The notes under the pieces: model-generated
The model's input: the letters and a program-made list of their open reading frames with translations, nothing else
Database searches by the model: none
What the model was told of the DNA's origin: nothing
From: a virus
Taxonomy: Duplodnaviria; Caudoviricetes
Strand: one strand, 5' to 3'
IMG/VR virus record: IMGVR_UViG_3300048564_000016
Location: 1 to 42,696 of that record
Length of the DNA: 42,696 nt
Translations under genes and position numbers: made by a program
Shown here: in pieces, positions 8,533 through 16,688 of the stretch
Layout: each line of letters begins with the position of its first letter
Numbering within the stretch: the first letter of the stretch is position 1

Positions 8533-8605
8533 GGAATAGGCGCGCGTTCTGTCCCGAACCGCAAGCCTATGCCGGCCGGGGCGTGGTGTCCCGGCCGGCT
8601 TTCCT
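8532..8605 (+). terminator. Two-hairpin structured intergenic element / possible terminator
   Basis: ATAGGC/GCCTAT stem and GCCGGCCGGG/CCCGGCCGGC stem, followed by TTTCC. Confidence 0.45.
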
Positions 8606-8617
8606 GGAGGGAGATAA

Positions 8618-9016
8618 ATGAGCGATCTGTTTTGGTCTAACCGAAATTGGGATTTGTGGCGCTGCTACAAATGCGCCGTCGAAATCATGGTTCCGTCAGG
8701 ATGGAACACAGCGCGGCGAAACGATGTTGGGCAGATGTTCTGCATCAACGGACACCCGCAGGTCTATTGCGAGTCAACGGCAGACAAGCTGCGCCGCGAA
8801 CGGGATACGCTCAAGCAGCAAATGGCGCGGATCGAAGAGGAAAAGCGCGACGCGGAGAAACGCGCCGCTGCCGCCGAAGCCGCAACCAACCGTCTGCGTA
8901 AGCGGGTCGCGGCTGGAATCTGTCCATGCTGCCATCGCTCTGTCAGACAACTCGCGCAGCACATGAAGACCAAACACCCAGACTTCGGCCCGCTGCCGTT
9001 GAAGGCCGTGTCGTGA
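8618..9016 (+). CDS. Zn-finger / coiled-coil hypothetical protein
   Basis: CYKC...CINGH and CPCCHR...HMKTKHP; strong GGAGG RBS. Confidence 0.7.
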   Translation: MSDLFWSNRNWDLWRCYKCAVEIMVPSGWNTARRNDVGQMFCINGHPQVYCESTADKLRRERDTLKQQMARIEEEKRDAEKRAAAAEAATNRLRKRVAAGICPCCHRSVRQLAQHMKTKHPDFGPLPLKAVS

Positions 9017-9396
9017 TTCTTCCGAAGAAACGCGAGCGCATTCGCAGCGGGATAGCCAGAGCGCCGCAGCGCGAGTGGCCGAGACACCGCCGCTGGATAA
9101 GGTCGCTGGAGTGCGTGTGCACCGAACGCCGCGAAATGGTGACCGGGCGGTGGACATGCCAGGGCCGTGTTGAGTGCTGCCATCTTCGCCTTGGGACGCA
9201 TGGACCAATGAGCGATCGGCCGCACGACTGGTTCACCTTTCCCGGCTGTGCCGTGCATCACATGCAGGCTCATCAGATCGGCGAGGCGTCATTTCAAGCG
9301 CTGTACAAGCTGGACCTGCGCGCGATCTGTCTGGCCTTGGCCCGTCAGTCGCCGGACGTGGAAATGCGGAAGGCGATGAGGGAGGCGGGGATATGA
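9013..9396 (+). CDS. DUF968-like (HNH-like Zn) protein
   Basis: HRRWIRSLECVC...CHLR...PHDWFTFPGCAVHHMQAHQIGE. Confidence 0.65.
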   Translation: MILPKKRERIRSGIARAPQREWPRHRRWIRSLECVCTERREMVTGRWTCQGRVECCHLRLGTHGPMSDRPHDWFTFPGCAVHHMQAHQIGEASFQALYKLDLRAICLALARQSPDVEMRKAMREAGI

Positions 9397-10073
9397 CCCC
9401 CATCTGCGCCACGTTCTCGGACTTCCGCTTGGTCAAGGGCCGCAAGGTCTGCCAGCTTGTGTGCGAAGTGCCTCTAGAGCAAGCCGACGCGGCACTGGCC
9501 GCGCTGGGCGGGCTCCCGAATCCCCATGCCGAGCGGTGGGTTGGTATCGTGCCGCTCAAAGCGCAACCGCAGGGCCAAGACAATAGCGGGTCGGCGCCGT
9601 CCCCCTCCCTCGCCGACGCGGCAGACTCGCCCGCTGCCGCTCCCATGTCGCCGTTGCACAAGGCGATAGCGCATTTGTATGAAGATGGGGGCAGCACAGA
9701 GCGGGAAGCGGAGTTCTATCCTTCTGATCCGCGCCCCGCACGGCAAACGCTCCAGGCCCAAGCTCGCGGTGCTACCGAGCCGGCCACCAAACCCAAGAAG
9801 CACTGGGACGAACTCAAGCCGAGCCAGCAGGCGGCAATCGCGGGCCAACGTGCGGATTTCCACGGCTGGCTATGGGACGCCGGACCGTCCGCGCGCTGGG
9901 ACGGCCAGCGGGTTGTTGACGCAACCGAATTTGTTACGCCAGCCGCGTATATCCGCTGGTACTGCGGCGTATCCAGCCGCTCCGACCTCGACACCAACCC
10001 CGAAGCCGCGAAGCGATGGCGCGAACTCCATTCGATGTTCACAGCCGATACGCAATATGGAGACAGGCGATGA
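9393..10073 (+). CDS. Hypothetical phage protein
   Basis: ATFSDFRLVKGRKVCQLVCEVP...AAYIRWYCGVSSRSDL; GGAGG RBS. Confidence 0.7.
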   Translation: MTPICATFSDFRLVKGRKVCQLVCEVPLEQADAALAALGGLPNPHAERWVGIVPLKAQPQGQDNSGSAPSPSLADAADSPAAAPMSPLHKAIAHLYEDGGSTEREAEFYPSDPRPARQTLQAQARGATEPATKPKKHWDELKPSQQAAIAGQRADFHGWLWDAGPSARWDGQRVVDATEFVTPAAYIRWYCGVSSRSDLDTNPEAAKRWRELHSMFTADTQYGDRR

Positions 10074-10255
10074 ACAGCACACTCGACATCTTCGGCGCAT
10101 GTCCAAACTGCGGGTCTGAATGGGGGTACTTGGCGCCAGTGTGGCCGGACGATGCGTGGCGGCCATTTTCTCGACTGATCGGCGTCGTCGATCGCGACGA
10201 AGATCGCGTTGCATGTTGGCGCTGCCCTGATTGCAAGACGGAGTTACCGCGATGA
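10070..10255 (+). CDS. Zn-ribbon protein
   Basis: CPNCG...WRCPDC. Confidence 0.65.
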   Translation: MNSTLDIFGACPNCGSEWGYLAPVWPDDAWRPFSRLIGVVDRDEDRVACWRCPDCKTELPR

Positions 10256-10491
10256 CGAAGGCAAAGACGAAGACGAAGACGAAGCGCCTGCGGGTGTGGA
10301 TCGTCTTCGATAGGAACGGGCGGTGCTATTTGGACAACACGCGCGATACGCGCCGCGCTGCCATCGCGTCGCTTGTTTACGATACCGCGACGCCGTGGGC
10401 GCTTCTCGCTCGTGATGGCTGGCATGTCCGCCCCGCCACCCTCACCTGGACCCCGCCGGCCAAGGCCAAGAAGCGGAGGGCGAAGCGATGA
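10252..10491 (+). CDS. Basic hypothetical protein
   Basis: Coupled ORF. Confidence 0.55.
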   Translation: MTKAKTKTKTKRLRVWIVFDRNGRCYLDNTRDTRRAAIASLVYDTATPWALLARDGWHVRPATLTWTPPAKAKKRRAKR

Positions 10492-11360
10492 GCGAGCCGA
10501 TCACCCTCACCGAGCGCGAGCGGGCGGTGTTCGGGTCAATGATCGAGTACGTGCGCGAACGGTGCAGGAACAATGCACGCGACGGAAATCAGGCATCGGG
10601 CAACGCGGTTTCCCGCTGGATGGAAGATTGGCTCGCCAGCCAGCCCACAGAGTCGGCATCCCCTCCGCGCGTCCCCGGAGCGAGCGCGCAACTTGCCAGG
10701 GAGGGGGTTCAAAGTGGACCGGGCCAGCCGACAGACATCGTGGAACGACTGGAGCGTATTCGCAGCATGATCGGGAAGATGTGCCGCGAAGGACGCCCGC
10801 CAGCAATGACGGTTCCTGCTGATCCGACGCGCGACGAAGACCTGTTTATCGCCGACGCGGCAGACGAAGCCGCCGCCGAAATCCGTCGGCTGCGCGCCGC
10901 CATTGACGAATGTCTGGAAGCCGCTGGCATTCCGGTAGGCCAAGCGGAGCATTATGTTACGGTGCCGGCTCTGATTGCCGACAAGATTGGCGATATGGAA
11001 GACTATGCTGCGATCAGATACCGCGCTGGCATCGAGGCGGCGGCTCGCCATCTAGCTGCAACAAAGGTGACGGAGCATCTGGCTGATGAAGTCCGCGCGC
11101 TCGCCGACAAGCCGGCGCCCGATGAGCGAAAACGGTGCCTCGAAATCGTGCAGCGGCATATCGACGCCGAGGTCCGCGCAACATTTGCGAATGGCGCGAC
11201 GCTGCAAGACGCCTTCACGGCCGGATGCGAAATGACCGCCAAGGCGATCTTCGACGACATCGCCGGCACGCAGCGGTTCGCTACGCCCATTGTGAACATC
11301 GACGGCGACGTGAAGCAGGAACGTTTTGACGCGCCGTTCGCAGCACGCAAGGGAGACTGA
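10488..11360 (+). CDS. Mosaic hypothetical phage protein
   Basis: 290 aa; TDIVERL...EAAAEIRRLR modules. Confidence 0.65.
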   Translation: MSEPITLTERERAVFGSMIEYVRERCRNNARDGNQASGNAVSRWMEDWLASQPTESASPPRVPGASAQLAREGVQSGPGQPTDIVERLERIRSMIGKMCREGRPPAMTVPADPTRDEDLFIADAADEAAAEIRRLRAAIDECLEAAGIPVGQAEHYVTVPALIADKIGDMEDYAAIRYRAGIEAAARHLAATKVTEHLADEVRALADKPAPDERKRCLEIVQRHIDAEVRATFANGATLQDAFTAGCEMTAKAIFDDIAGTQRFATPIVNIDGDVKQERFDAPFAARKGD

Positions 11361-11361
11361 C

Positions 11362-11670
11362 ATGAAGCTAGACCGCAATACCAACAAGGACGGCGCGGGC
11401 AAATACGCGCTCGTACGCCTTCGCGGCACCTTGAGCGAGGACGCAAAGTACGCGCTCGCGCTCTTGCAAGAGGAGGGCGTCCTTGATTGGGGTCGCCGCG
11501 GCGACGACGACGAGTTTTTCGTCATCAGACTCAAGGACAAGTACGCGGCCGACGCACTGGCTTCATACGCGCGCGCTGCACGCAATGATGACGCCGAGTG
11601 GGCCAACGAGGTGGATGCGCTCGCCGCACGATCTGGACCGAACCATCCGCTTTGCAAACGACCTGACTAG
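11362..11670 (+). CDS. Hypothetical phage protein (FVIRLKDKYAxxAL motif)
   Basis: GGAG RBS; recurrent phage motif. Confidence 0.7.
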   Translation: MKLDRNTNKDGAGKYALVRLRGTLSEDAKYALALLQEEGVLDWGRRGDDDEFFVIRLKDKYAADALASYARAARNDDAEWANEVDALAARSGPNHPLCKRPD

Positions 11671-11680
11671 GGAGTCGGCC

Positions 11681-11860
11681 ATGACCAAGGGGAAGCCGTC
11701 GCACTTCGAGCGCGCGCAGGTGGTGATTCGTCAGATGGTCGACATGGAGCGCGAGTTGACCGAGATCGGATTGCACGCGACAGCGCGTAAGGTCAACGCG
11801 GCGCAGCAGAAGATCGGGTGGGAACTCGCCGAGAAGACCGAGAAGGCTAAGGGAGGCTGA
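11681..11860 (+). CDS. Hypothetical protein
   Basis: GGAG RBS, 59 aa. Confidence 0.55.
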   Translation: MTKGKPSHFERAQVVIRQMVDMERELTEIGLHATARKVNAAQQKIGWELAEKTEKAKGG

Positions 11861-11861
11861 C

Positions 11862-12152
11862 ATGACCGCCCTATCGCCATACGAGATTTGTGTAGTCGAG
11901 CGCGGCGAGTTGCGCGCAGCCCTCGACACCGAGCGCACTGCCCGGCTCGCGGCTGAGGCGCAGGTGAAGGTGTTGGAGACTGCCATCGACAACTTCAATG
12001 CATCTATCCAGCAAGAGTGCTGCGGCCAGGGCGCAGGACCGCCTGACCGTGAACCCGAATGTTGCGGACAACCCGATCTCATAGTCGATACGCAAGCAAT
12101 GTGTGCGCTTATCAATGTCCGCGCCGCCCTCAAGGAGCCCGCCAATGGCTGA
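11862..12152 (+). CDS. Hypothetical protein (ECCG repeat)
   Basis: QECCGQG...PECCGQP; GGAGG RBS. Confidence 0.6.
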   Translation: MTALSPYEICVVERGELRAALDTERTARLAAEAQVKVLETAIDNFNASIQQECCGQGAGPPDREPECCGQPDLIVDTQAMCALINVRAALKEPANG

Positions 12153-12510
12153 CCTAGACCCTGCGCTGATCGAGAAGGCGGCGCGCGAAATTTTTGAATT
12201 TGATGACGTATTGCAAACTCCGGCCCATGAGCCATGGGAGCAAATGTTCTGGGATGAATTGAGCGACGATGCGCGTGTCAATTATTGCAGTCGTGCATCC
12301 GTCGCCCTCCTCTCCCTCGGCATCCCCGCCGCCGCGCTCAATGCGCTCGTGCGAGGGGAAGCGAAAATCTGGCCCGTCGAGCCGACGCGGGAAATGTGGG
12401 CCGCTGGCGCCAATGTCGTCGTGGACCGGCGCCGGTTGCATCACGACACCGTAATAAAGCGCGTCATCACGGCGATGGACGCCGCCAGCCCCTACGCCGC
12501 GAAGGAGTGA
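12145..12510 (+). CDS. Hypothetical protein (PVEPTREMWAAG motif)
   Basis: AGGAG RBS; common phage motif. Confidence 0.65.
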   Translation: MADLDPALIEKAAREIFEFDDVLQTPAHEPWEQMFWDELSDDARVNYCSRASVALLSLGIPAAALNALVRGEAKIWPVEPTREMWAAGANVVVDRRRLHHDTVIKRVITAMDAASPYAAKE

Positions 12511-12513
12511 CCC

Positions 12514-13101
12514 GTGACGACTGCGTATCCGCTGCATTGGCCGATGGGGTTTCCTCGCACGAAGTTCGCCGAATCCGCGCGGTTTCGCACCGGCTACGAT
12601 CAAGCTGTCTCGAATGTCACGAAGTCCTTGCGCGCTTTTGCCAGGGACAGCGGGAAAGACGTAATGAACCTGACGATCAGCAGCAACGTCACGATGATGA
12701 AGCAGGAGCCGCCAGATGGCGGCGTGGCGGTCTATTTTCGCTGGGACAACTTGGATTGCTGCGTTGCGGTCGATCGATATCGGACGCCAGCCGACAACCT
12801 CCAGGCCATTATGCATGTCCTTGAAGCCGAGCGCACCAAGTTGCGTCATGGCGGGCTCAACATCGTGCGAACTGCATTTCGTGGCTACGCCGCTCTACCG
12901 CCCCCGAAGGGGCCCGACGGCCAACTGGCGCCGCCGTGGTGGGACACTCTCGGACTGCCGCAGGGGTCCGCTCTGAGTGCTGCCGAAGCCCGCTATCGCG
13001 AACTCGTGAAGTCTGAGCATCCAGATCGGGGCGGCGACCCGGCACGGTTCAACGTGATCACCGACGCGATGCGTAAAGCGCGCGAAGAGCTGAAGGAGTG
13101 A
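12514..13101 (+). CDS. J-domain (DnaJ-type) protein
   Basis: N-terminal AYPLHWPMGFPRT; C-terminal WWDTLGL...YRELVKSEHPDRGG with the HPD motif. Confidence 0.88.
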   Translation: MTTAYPLHWPMGFPRTKFAESARFRTGYDQAVSNVTKSLRAFARDSGKDVMNLTISSNVTMMKQEPPDGGVAVYFRWDNLDCCVAVDRYRTPADNLQAIMHVLEAERTKLRHGGLNIVRTAFRGYAALPPPKGPDGQLAPPWWDTLGLPQGSALSAAEARYRELVKSEHPDRGGDPARFNVITDAMRKAREELKE

Positions 13102-13104
13102 CAG

Positions 13105-13353
13105 ATGGCCGACTGGATGCCGATCGAGACGGCGCCGAAGGATGGGACTGCAATACTATTCGCGGGAAAGTGGCGCCCGTTTGACGCCAATCCTGGCGGA
13201 ACATGGCATATCGCTATCGCGAGATGGTCAACGTTCATGTCGAACCACACCGGCTATCAATGGATACTCGAACCACTGAATACACTTGATAACATCAATG
13301 TCGAGTTTACCCACTGGATGCCCCTCCCTCCCCCGCCAACCGAGGACCGATGA
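13105..13353 (+). CDS. DUF551-like protein
   Basis: WMPIETAPKDGT...THWMPLPPPP. Confidence 0.85.
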   Translation: MADWMPIETAPKDGTAILFAGKWRPFDANPGGTWHIAIARWSTFMSNHTGYQWILEPLNTLDNINVEFTHWMPLPPPPTEDR

Positions 13354-13680
13354 ATGGTTGACCCTGTGAACCTGACCGGATTGGATGCCGAGATGATCAA
13401 GAAAACCGGCGTCCGGCCCGACCACGAATTGACCGGCTCCCACTTTACGCTCAAGGACGCCGGGTTCCCCTCCCTCGTCCGCCTGGAGCTGCCACTTTCC
13501 ATGGCGCTCGAAAGTGACATCCTCCAGGAACTTGCCAGACTTCAGGGCGATATCATCGAATTGCGCCGCCGTTACGGCACTTCTCAAATACAGTGGGCGT
13601 TTGAGTTGAAAATTCTGATATCGGCTGCCAACGCCAGACTAAAACAGAGATCAAGACTTAGTAGTCAGAACAAAATCTGA
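13354..13680 (+). CDS. Hypothetical protein
   Basis: 108-aa ORF whose 3' end is lower in GC. Confidence 0.5.
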   Translation: MVDPVNLTGLDAEMIKKTGVRPDHELTGSHFTLKDAGFPSLVRLELPLSMALESDILQELARLQGDIIELRRRYGTSQIQWAFELKILISAANARLKQRSRLSSQNKI

Positions 13681-13863
13681 GGCAATATACATTATGCGAC
13701 AGTAATAATCTTACCTACGGGTAATATTGTTTCTGCCGCATTGATTCAAAAAGAACCTTCGACTTCATCCCCGCAATCCACAGCCTTAAAAGCGTTCTCG
13801 CTTGTTCTATACCACGGATTGAGGCCCTTGACGAGCGCGAGCGCAACCTAGCAGGAGTCGCCA

Positions 13864-14964
13864 TTGAGTACCCTTCTCGACCGCCTCCGCGCCATCGTCG
13901 CCCGGTTCTGGCCGTTCGCCGCACCCCCGCAACCTGTCCTGCCGGAACCGCCAGCGGCGCCGCACAAGCCAGAATCGGACGAATCTTTCGGCCGTCACTT
14001 CACCTTGGATGGCCTGTTGGATCGCCTCGACAACTACCATGATGCACTCAGCCAACTAAGGACACGCGACCCTGAGGGGTTCCGATTCTATCGCCACATT
14101 GGCGGCCAAGTCCTGCCGCGCTCGATGCTGTTTGAGATTGCCGAAAATCCCACCGCGAACGTCTTTCGGCCGGCGTTCGGAATGATCCATTTTCTCGATG
14201 ACGAAGACGACAAAGACACCATCGCACCATCGTTGCTCTATTACCGTAAATACGCCGCTCGGCCATATGTCGAGCCGACAAATGATGAGCTTTATGAAAT
14301 CACGATGTATTATCGCGACACGAAACGGCGAAACTTTTCCGCATTCGTCATCTTCCATGTCTCATTCGGGAACGGTCAGGCGCGCTTATTGCGTGAACGG
14401 CATGTCGTCCCGCAACGGCTGCCGCGTGGTGGGACGATTCATCACCACAACTGGCAACACCCGCCAGTATTCAAGGACATGGTCGAGGATAGGCGGCGGC
14501 GTTATCCACATTTGCGAGAAACGCCGGAAAGTCTGGCGTTGGGTCTGTTTAGGTTGATTATTAACGCCACAATCAACGCATCCGATGGCCTGCTAGTCAT
14601 TGCAGCCAAAGACGGCATAATGGCGCGGTTCTCGGTCGATATGCTACGCACACCGTACTTTTTCCGAGACCGCGAAAAAACCATTACGGAAAGCGGCAAG
14701 ACGCGCAAGATTTTCCACATCGCGCGCACGCATAAGCGACGGCTCGCGGATGGCCGTGAGATTTATGTAAAATCTCACTTCCGGGGCGAACGAAAGTTTA
14801 CATGGAAAGGCTATCAAATCACCATCACGATGCCCGGCCTGCACCACGCGCCGATTGAAGCGTTTGACGCCCCGGCACATGAATTTGAGAACGACGAGCC
14901 GCCGCCGGGCTTTGTGGACTCAACCGTGGCAGCCAAAAAGATCGGGGTCGCGCTTCGGCACTAG
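13864..14964 (+). CDS. Orphan 366-aa protein with His/Arg-rich C-terminal motif
   Basis: AGGAG RBS before TTG; C-terminal FHIARTHKRRLADGREIYVKSHFRG; lower GC than flanks. Confidence 0.75.
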   Translation: MSTLLDRLRAIVARFWPFAAPPQPVLPEPPAAPHKPESDESFGRHFTLDGLLDRLDNYHDALSQLRTRDPEGFRFYRHIGGQVLPRSMLFEIAENPTANVFRPAFGMIHFLDDEDDKDTIAPSLLYYRKYAARPYVEPTNDELYEITMYYRDTKRRNFSAFVIFHVSFGNGQARLLRERHVVPQRLPRGGTIHHHNWQHPPVFKDMVEDRRRRYPHLRETPESLALGLFRLIINATINASDGLLVIAAKDGIMARFSVDMLRTPYFFRDREKTITESGKTRKIFHIARTHKRRLADGREIYVKSHFRGERKFTWKGYQITITMPGLHHAPIEAFDAPAHEFENDEPPPGFVDSTVAAKKIGVALRH

Positions 14965-14984
14965 CCCCGCGCCTCGCCGCGCGC

Positions 14985-14990
14985 TATAGT
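14985..14990 (+). promoter_or_regulatory. -10 element TATAGT upstream of the putative ncRNA
   Basis: GCTATAGT lies 4 nt before the first hairpin. Confidence 0.45.
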
Positions 14991-14994
14991 GGAA

Positions 14995-15149
14995 GGGCTG
15001 CGGCGGCAACAGCCCGGTCAGTTGCACAGACCGAAGTAGCGCCGGCCGTCAATGTGCATTCCGGCACGGCGCGAGTTGGGTAATAGAGCGGGGGAAATTC
15101 CGCGTGGCCCGCTGACCCGAAAGGGTACCAATGACGGTGTCGCAGCTAC
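14995..15149 (+). ncRNA. Putative structured non-coding RNA
   Basis: Multiple stems: GGGCTG/CAGCCC, GGTC/GACC, GTAGC/GCTAC, GCCGG/CCGGC, AGCGGG/CCCGCT, ACCC-GAAA-GGGT. No credible ORF. Confidence 0.55.
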
Positions 15150-15192
15150 CCCCGCCCGGCTGGATCGATGTGATTTCGACCGCCGGGCGGGG
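15150..15192. terminator. Strong hairpin between the converging arms
   Basis: CCCCGCCCGGC/GCCGGGCGGGG is a perfect 11-bp stem abutting the o-spanin stop. Confidence 0.6.
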
Positions 15193-15426
15193 TCAAGTTT
15201 GCGCTCGGCACGCCCTGACCTGATCGCGCAATCGGCCGTAATCGGCGAACATGCCCGGAAGCTCGGCAGTCGGCGGCATGGCTCGCAATTCAGCGCCCGC
15301 CCTCGCCTGCCGCTCGCGGCTGTACTCGACGATAGACGGGCAGACGGTGACCGTCGTGCTAGAAGGTGCCGTCGCGCATCCGGTCAGCAGCATCGTTGCC
15401 AGTGCGAGGGCCACGGGAATCCGCAT
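15193..15426 (-). CDS. Outer-membrane spanin-like lipoprotein (Rz1-like)
   Basis: Signal peptide with lipobox LLTG-C, CPSIVEYS, C-terminal RDQVRAC; overlaps the Rz-like gene. Confidence 0.75.
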   Translation of the reverse strand: MRIPVALALATMLLTGCATAPSSTTVTVCPSIVEYSRERQARAGAELRAMPPTAELPGMFADYGRLRDQVRACRAQT

Positions 15427-15604
15427 CGTTCATTCTCCGTTGGGTTTCGGCGCCTTTGGTGGCGTGGCGGAGGTCGGACTTCATTTCGCCCTCGCGCTTG
15501 CCCGCCCGGTAGGCCGACCACACGGCCAGCGCCTTGCCGAACAGGTCGATCAGCGGCACGGCGACTGCCCTCAGAAGCCCGCCGATAATGGCTAGACCGC
15601 CCAT
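15359..15604 (-). CDS. Inner-membrane spanin-like protein (Rz-like)
   Basis: N-terminal hydrophobic segment, YRAGKREG, helical tail ending RMRDGTF; TGATG coupling. Confidence 0.65.
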   Translation of the reverse strand: MGGLAIIGGLLRAVAVPLIDLFGKALAVWSAYRAGKREGEMKSDLRHATKGAETQRRMNDADSRGPRTGNDAADRMRDGTF

Positions 15605-15876
15605 CACAGGTACCTCGTTCGATGCCACGGCATCCGGTCGCGGAACCACAACGCCCACGGCTTCCGCCTTCCAATGGCGCGGCGGTAGAGCCAGTTGAGC
15701 CCGGTCAGGATGCCGATCACGATGCACGCTAGCCCGAGATAGGGCAGCGTCCACTCGACGCCGAAGTTGACCGCGACCTGCCGGACGTGGCCCGACGACG
15801 CCGCGATCGGCACCGTGGTCGCCAGCAGGTTGAGCATCGGCGCGTATGGGTTGTCGGGGGTGTTGTCGTCTGCCAT
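15604..15876 (-). CDS. Membrane protein, holin candidate
   Basis: TM LPYLGLACIVIGILTGLNWLY followed by a basic tail; TGATG coupling. Confidence 0.5.
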   Translation of the reverse strand: MADDNTPDNPYAPMLNLLATTVPIAASSGHVRQVAVNFGVEWTLPYLGLACIVIGILTGLNWLYRRAIGRRKPWALWFRDRMPWHRTRYL

Positions 15877-15992
15877 CACACCACCAGATGGCTCGCCAGC
15901 CCGACGAGGATGCCGGCCGCGAAGATGATCCACCGCTTCCGCGTCTCGCCACCATCGGTGTAGACGTGTGCGGCTTGGCTCAGTTTGGACAT
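15876..15992 (-). CDS. 38-aa single-TM peptide
   Basis: AAGGAGG RBS; MSKLSQAAHVYTDGGETRKRWIIFAAGILVGLASHLVV. Confidence 0.6.
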   Translation of the reverse strand: MSKLSQAAHVYTDGGETRKRWIIFAAGILVGLASHLVV

Positions 15993-16171
15993 GGGGGCCT
16001 CCTTAAGGGCCTGTTAATGCAGCCCGTGCTGACTCGCGCGGGTGCTGTGGCTCTACCGCCTCGATCCTGCCGAAGCGTTCATCAACGCCGCGTCGGCGCT
16101 CGCCCTCGTGGCGCTGATCTTCGGAACCGGCGACCTCGCCGGGCTGTCCGTCGACATGACCGTGCATGCGA

Positions 16172-16354
16172 TCAATCATCGTTGCCTTTGCCGCTCTTGA
16201 GCCGTTCGATCTCGATCGCGTGGGATTCCGCCTTTTCCTGGAGCTTCGTGATCATGTCCAACAAGCTCGCGATGCGGAGATTGAGAACCCAGAACCCGCC
16301 CATCACGATGGTGACGCCGATTCCGAGAATGCCGGTCAAGTCGCTGATGCTCAC
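16172..16354 (-). CDS. Small TM + coiled-coil protein
   Basis: LTGILGIGVTIVMGGFWVL followed by heptads. Confidence 0.6.
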   Translation of the reverse strand: MSISDLTGILGIGVTIVMGGFWVLNLRIASLLDMITKLQEKAESHAIEIERLKSGKGNDD

Positions 16355-16674
16355 GGGGGTATCGCCGTTCTGAGCGCGCGGACCACCATCGGGCCGAACT
16401 GGAACACCATTCCCATCAGCGCCCCGCCCGCTCCGCCCGCAAGCAGGAGCACCTTGTATCCGCCGTCCTGGCTCGTGAACTTGTCTTCCATGCTCCGCAA
16501 TCTCGGCTCGATCTTTTCCATTCCGTCGACAATGGCGTCCTTGATCTCGACCAGATCGGCGCGGTTCTGCTGCCGCTCCCGAATGCAGTCGTCGACGTGC
16601 CTGGATAGGTTATCCTGCACATTTTCTATTTTGCTTTTCAGGTAAGCCACCTGTGCGGTCAACTCCGTAGTCAC
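16351..16674 (-). CDS. Coiled-coil + C-terminal TM protein (holin/XhlA-like architecture)
   Basis: GGAGG RBS; C-terminal VLLLAGGAGGALMGMVFQF. Confidence 0.6.
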   Translation of the reverse strand: MTTELTAQVAYLKSKIENVQDNLSRHVDDCIRERQQNRADLVEIKDAIVDGMEKIEPRLRSMEDKFTSQDGGYKVLLLAGGAGGALMGMVFQFGPMVVRALRTAIPP

Positions 16675-16688
16675 GCCCCGCCTCCCCG

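Noticed and set aside
13794-13807. Second SOS box (GTTC-TCGCTT-GTTC)
   Set aside because: The spacer is 6 nt, not the 7 nt required for the alphaproteobacterial LexA box.
15100-15135. Hammerhead ribozyme (CTGA...GAAA)
   Set aside because: It lacks the CUGANGA core; the GAAA is a tetraloop on an ACCC/GGGT stem.
16003-16180. Short ORFs on either strand in the gap within the lysis region
   Set aside because: In-register mirror frames of under 60 aa with no clear RBS or motif; I cannot decide which, if either, is real.
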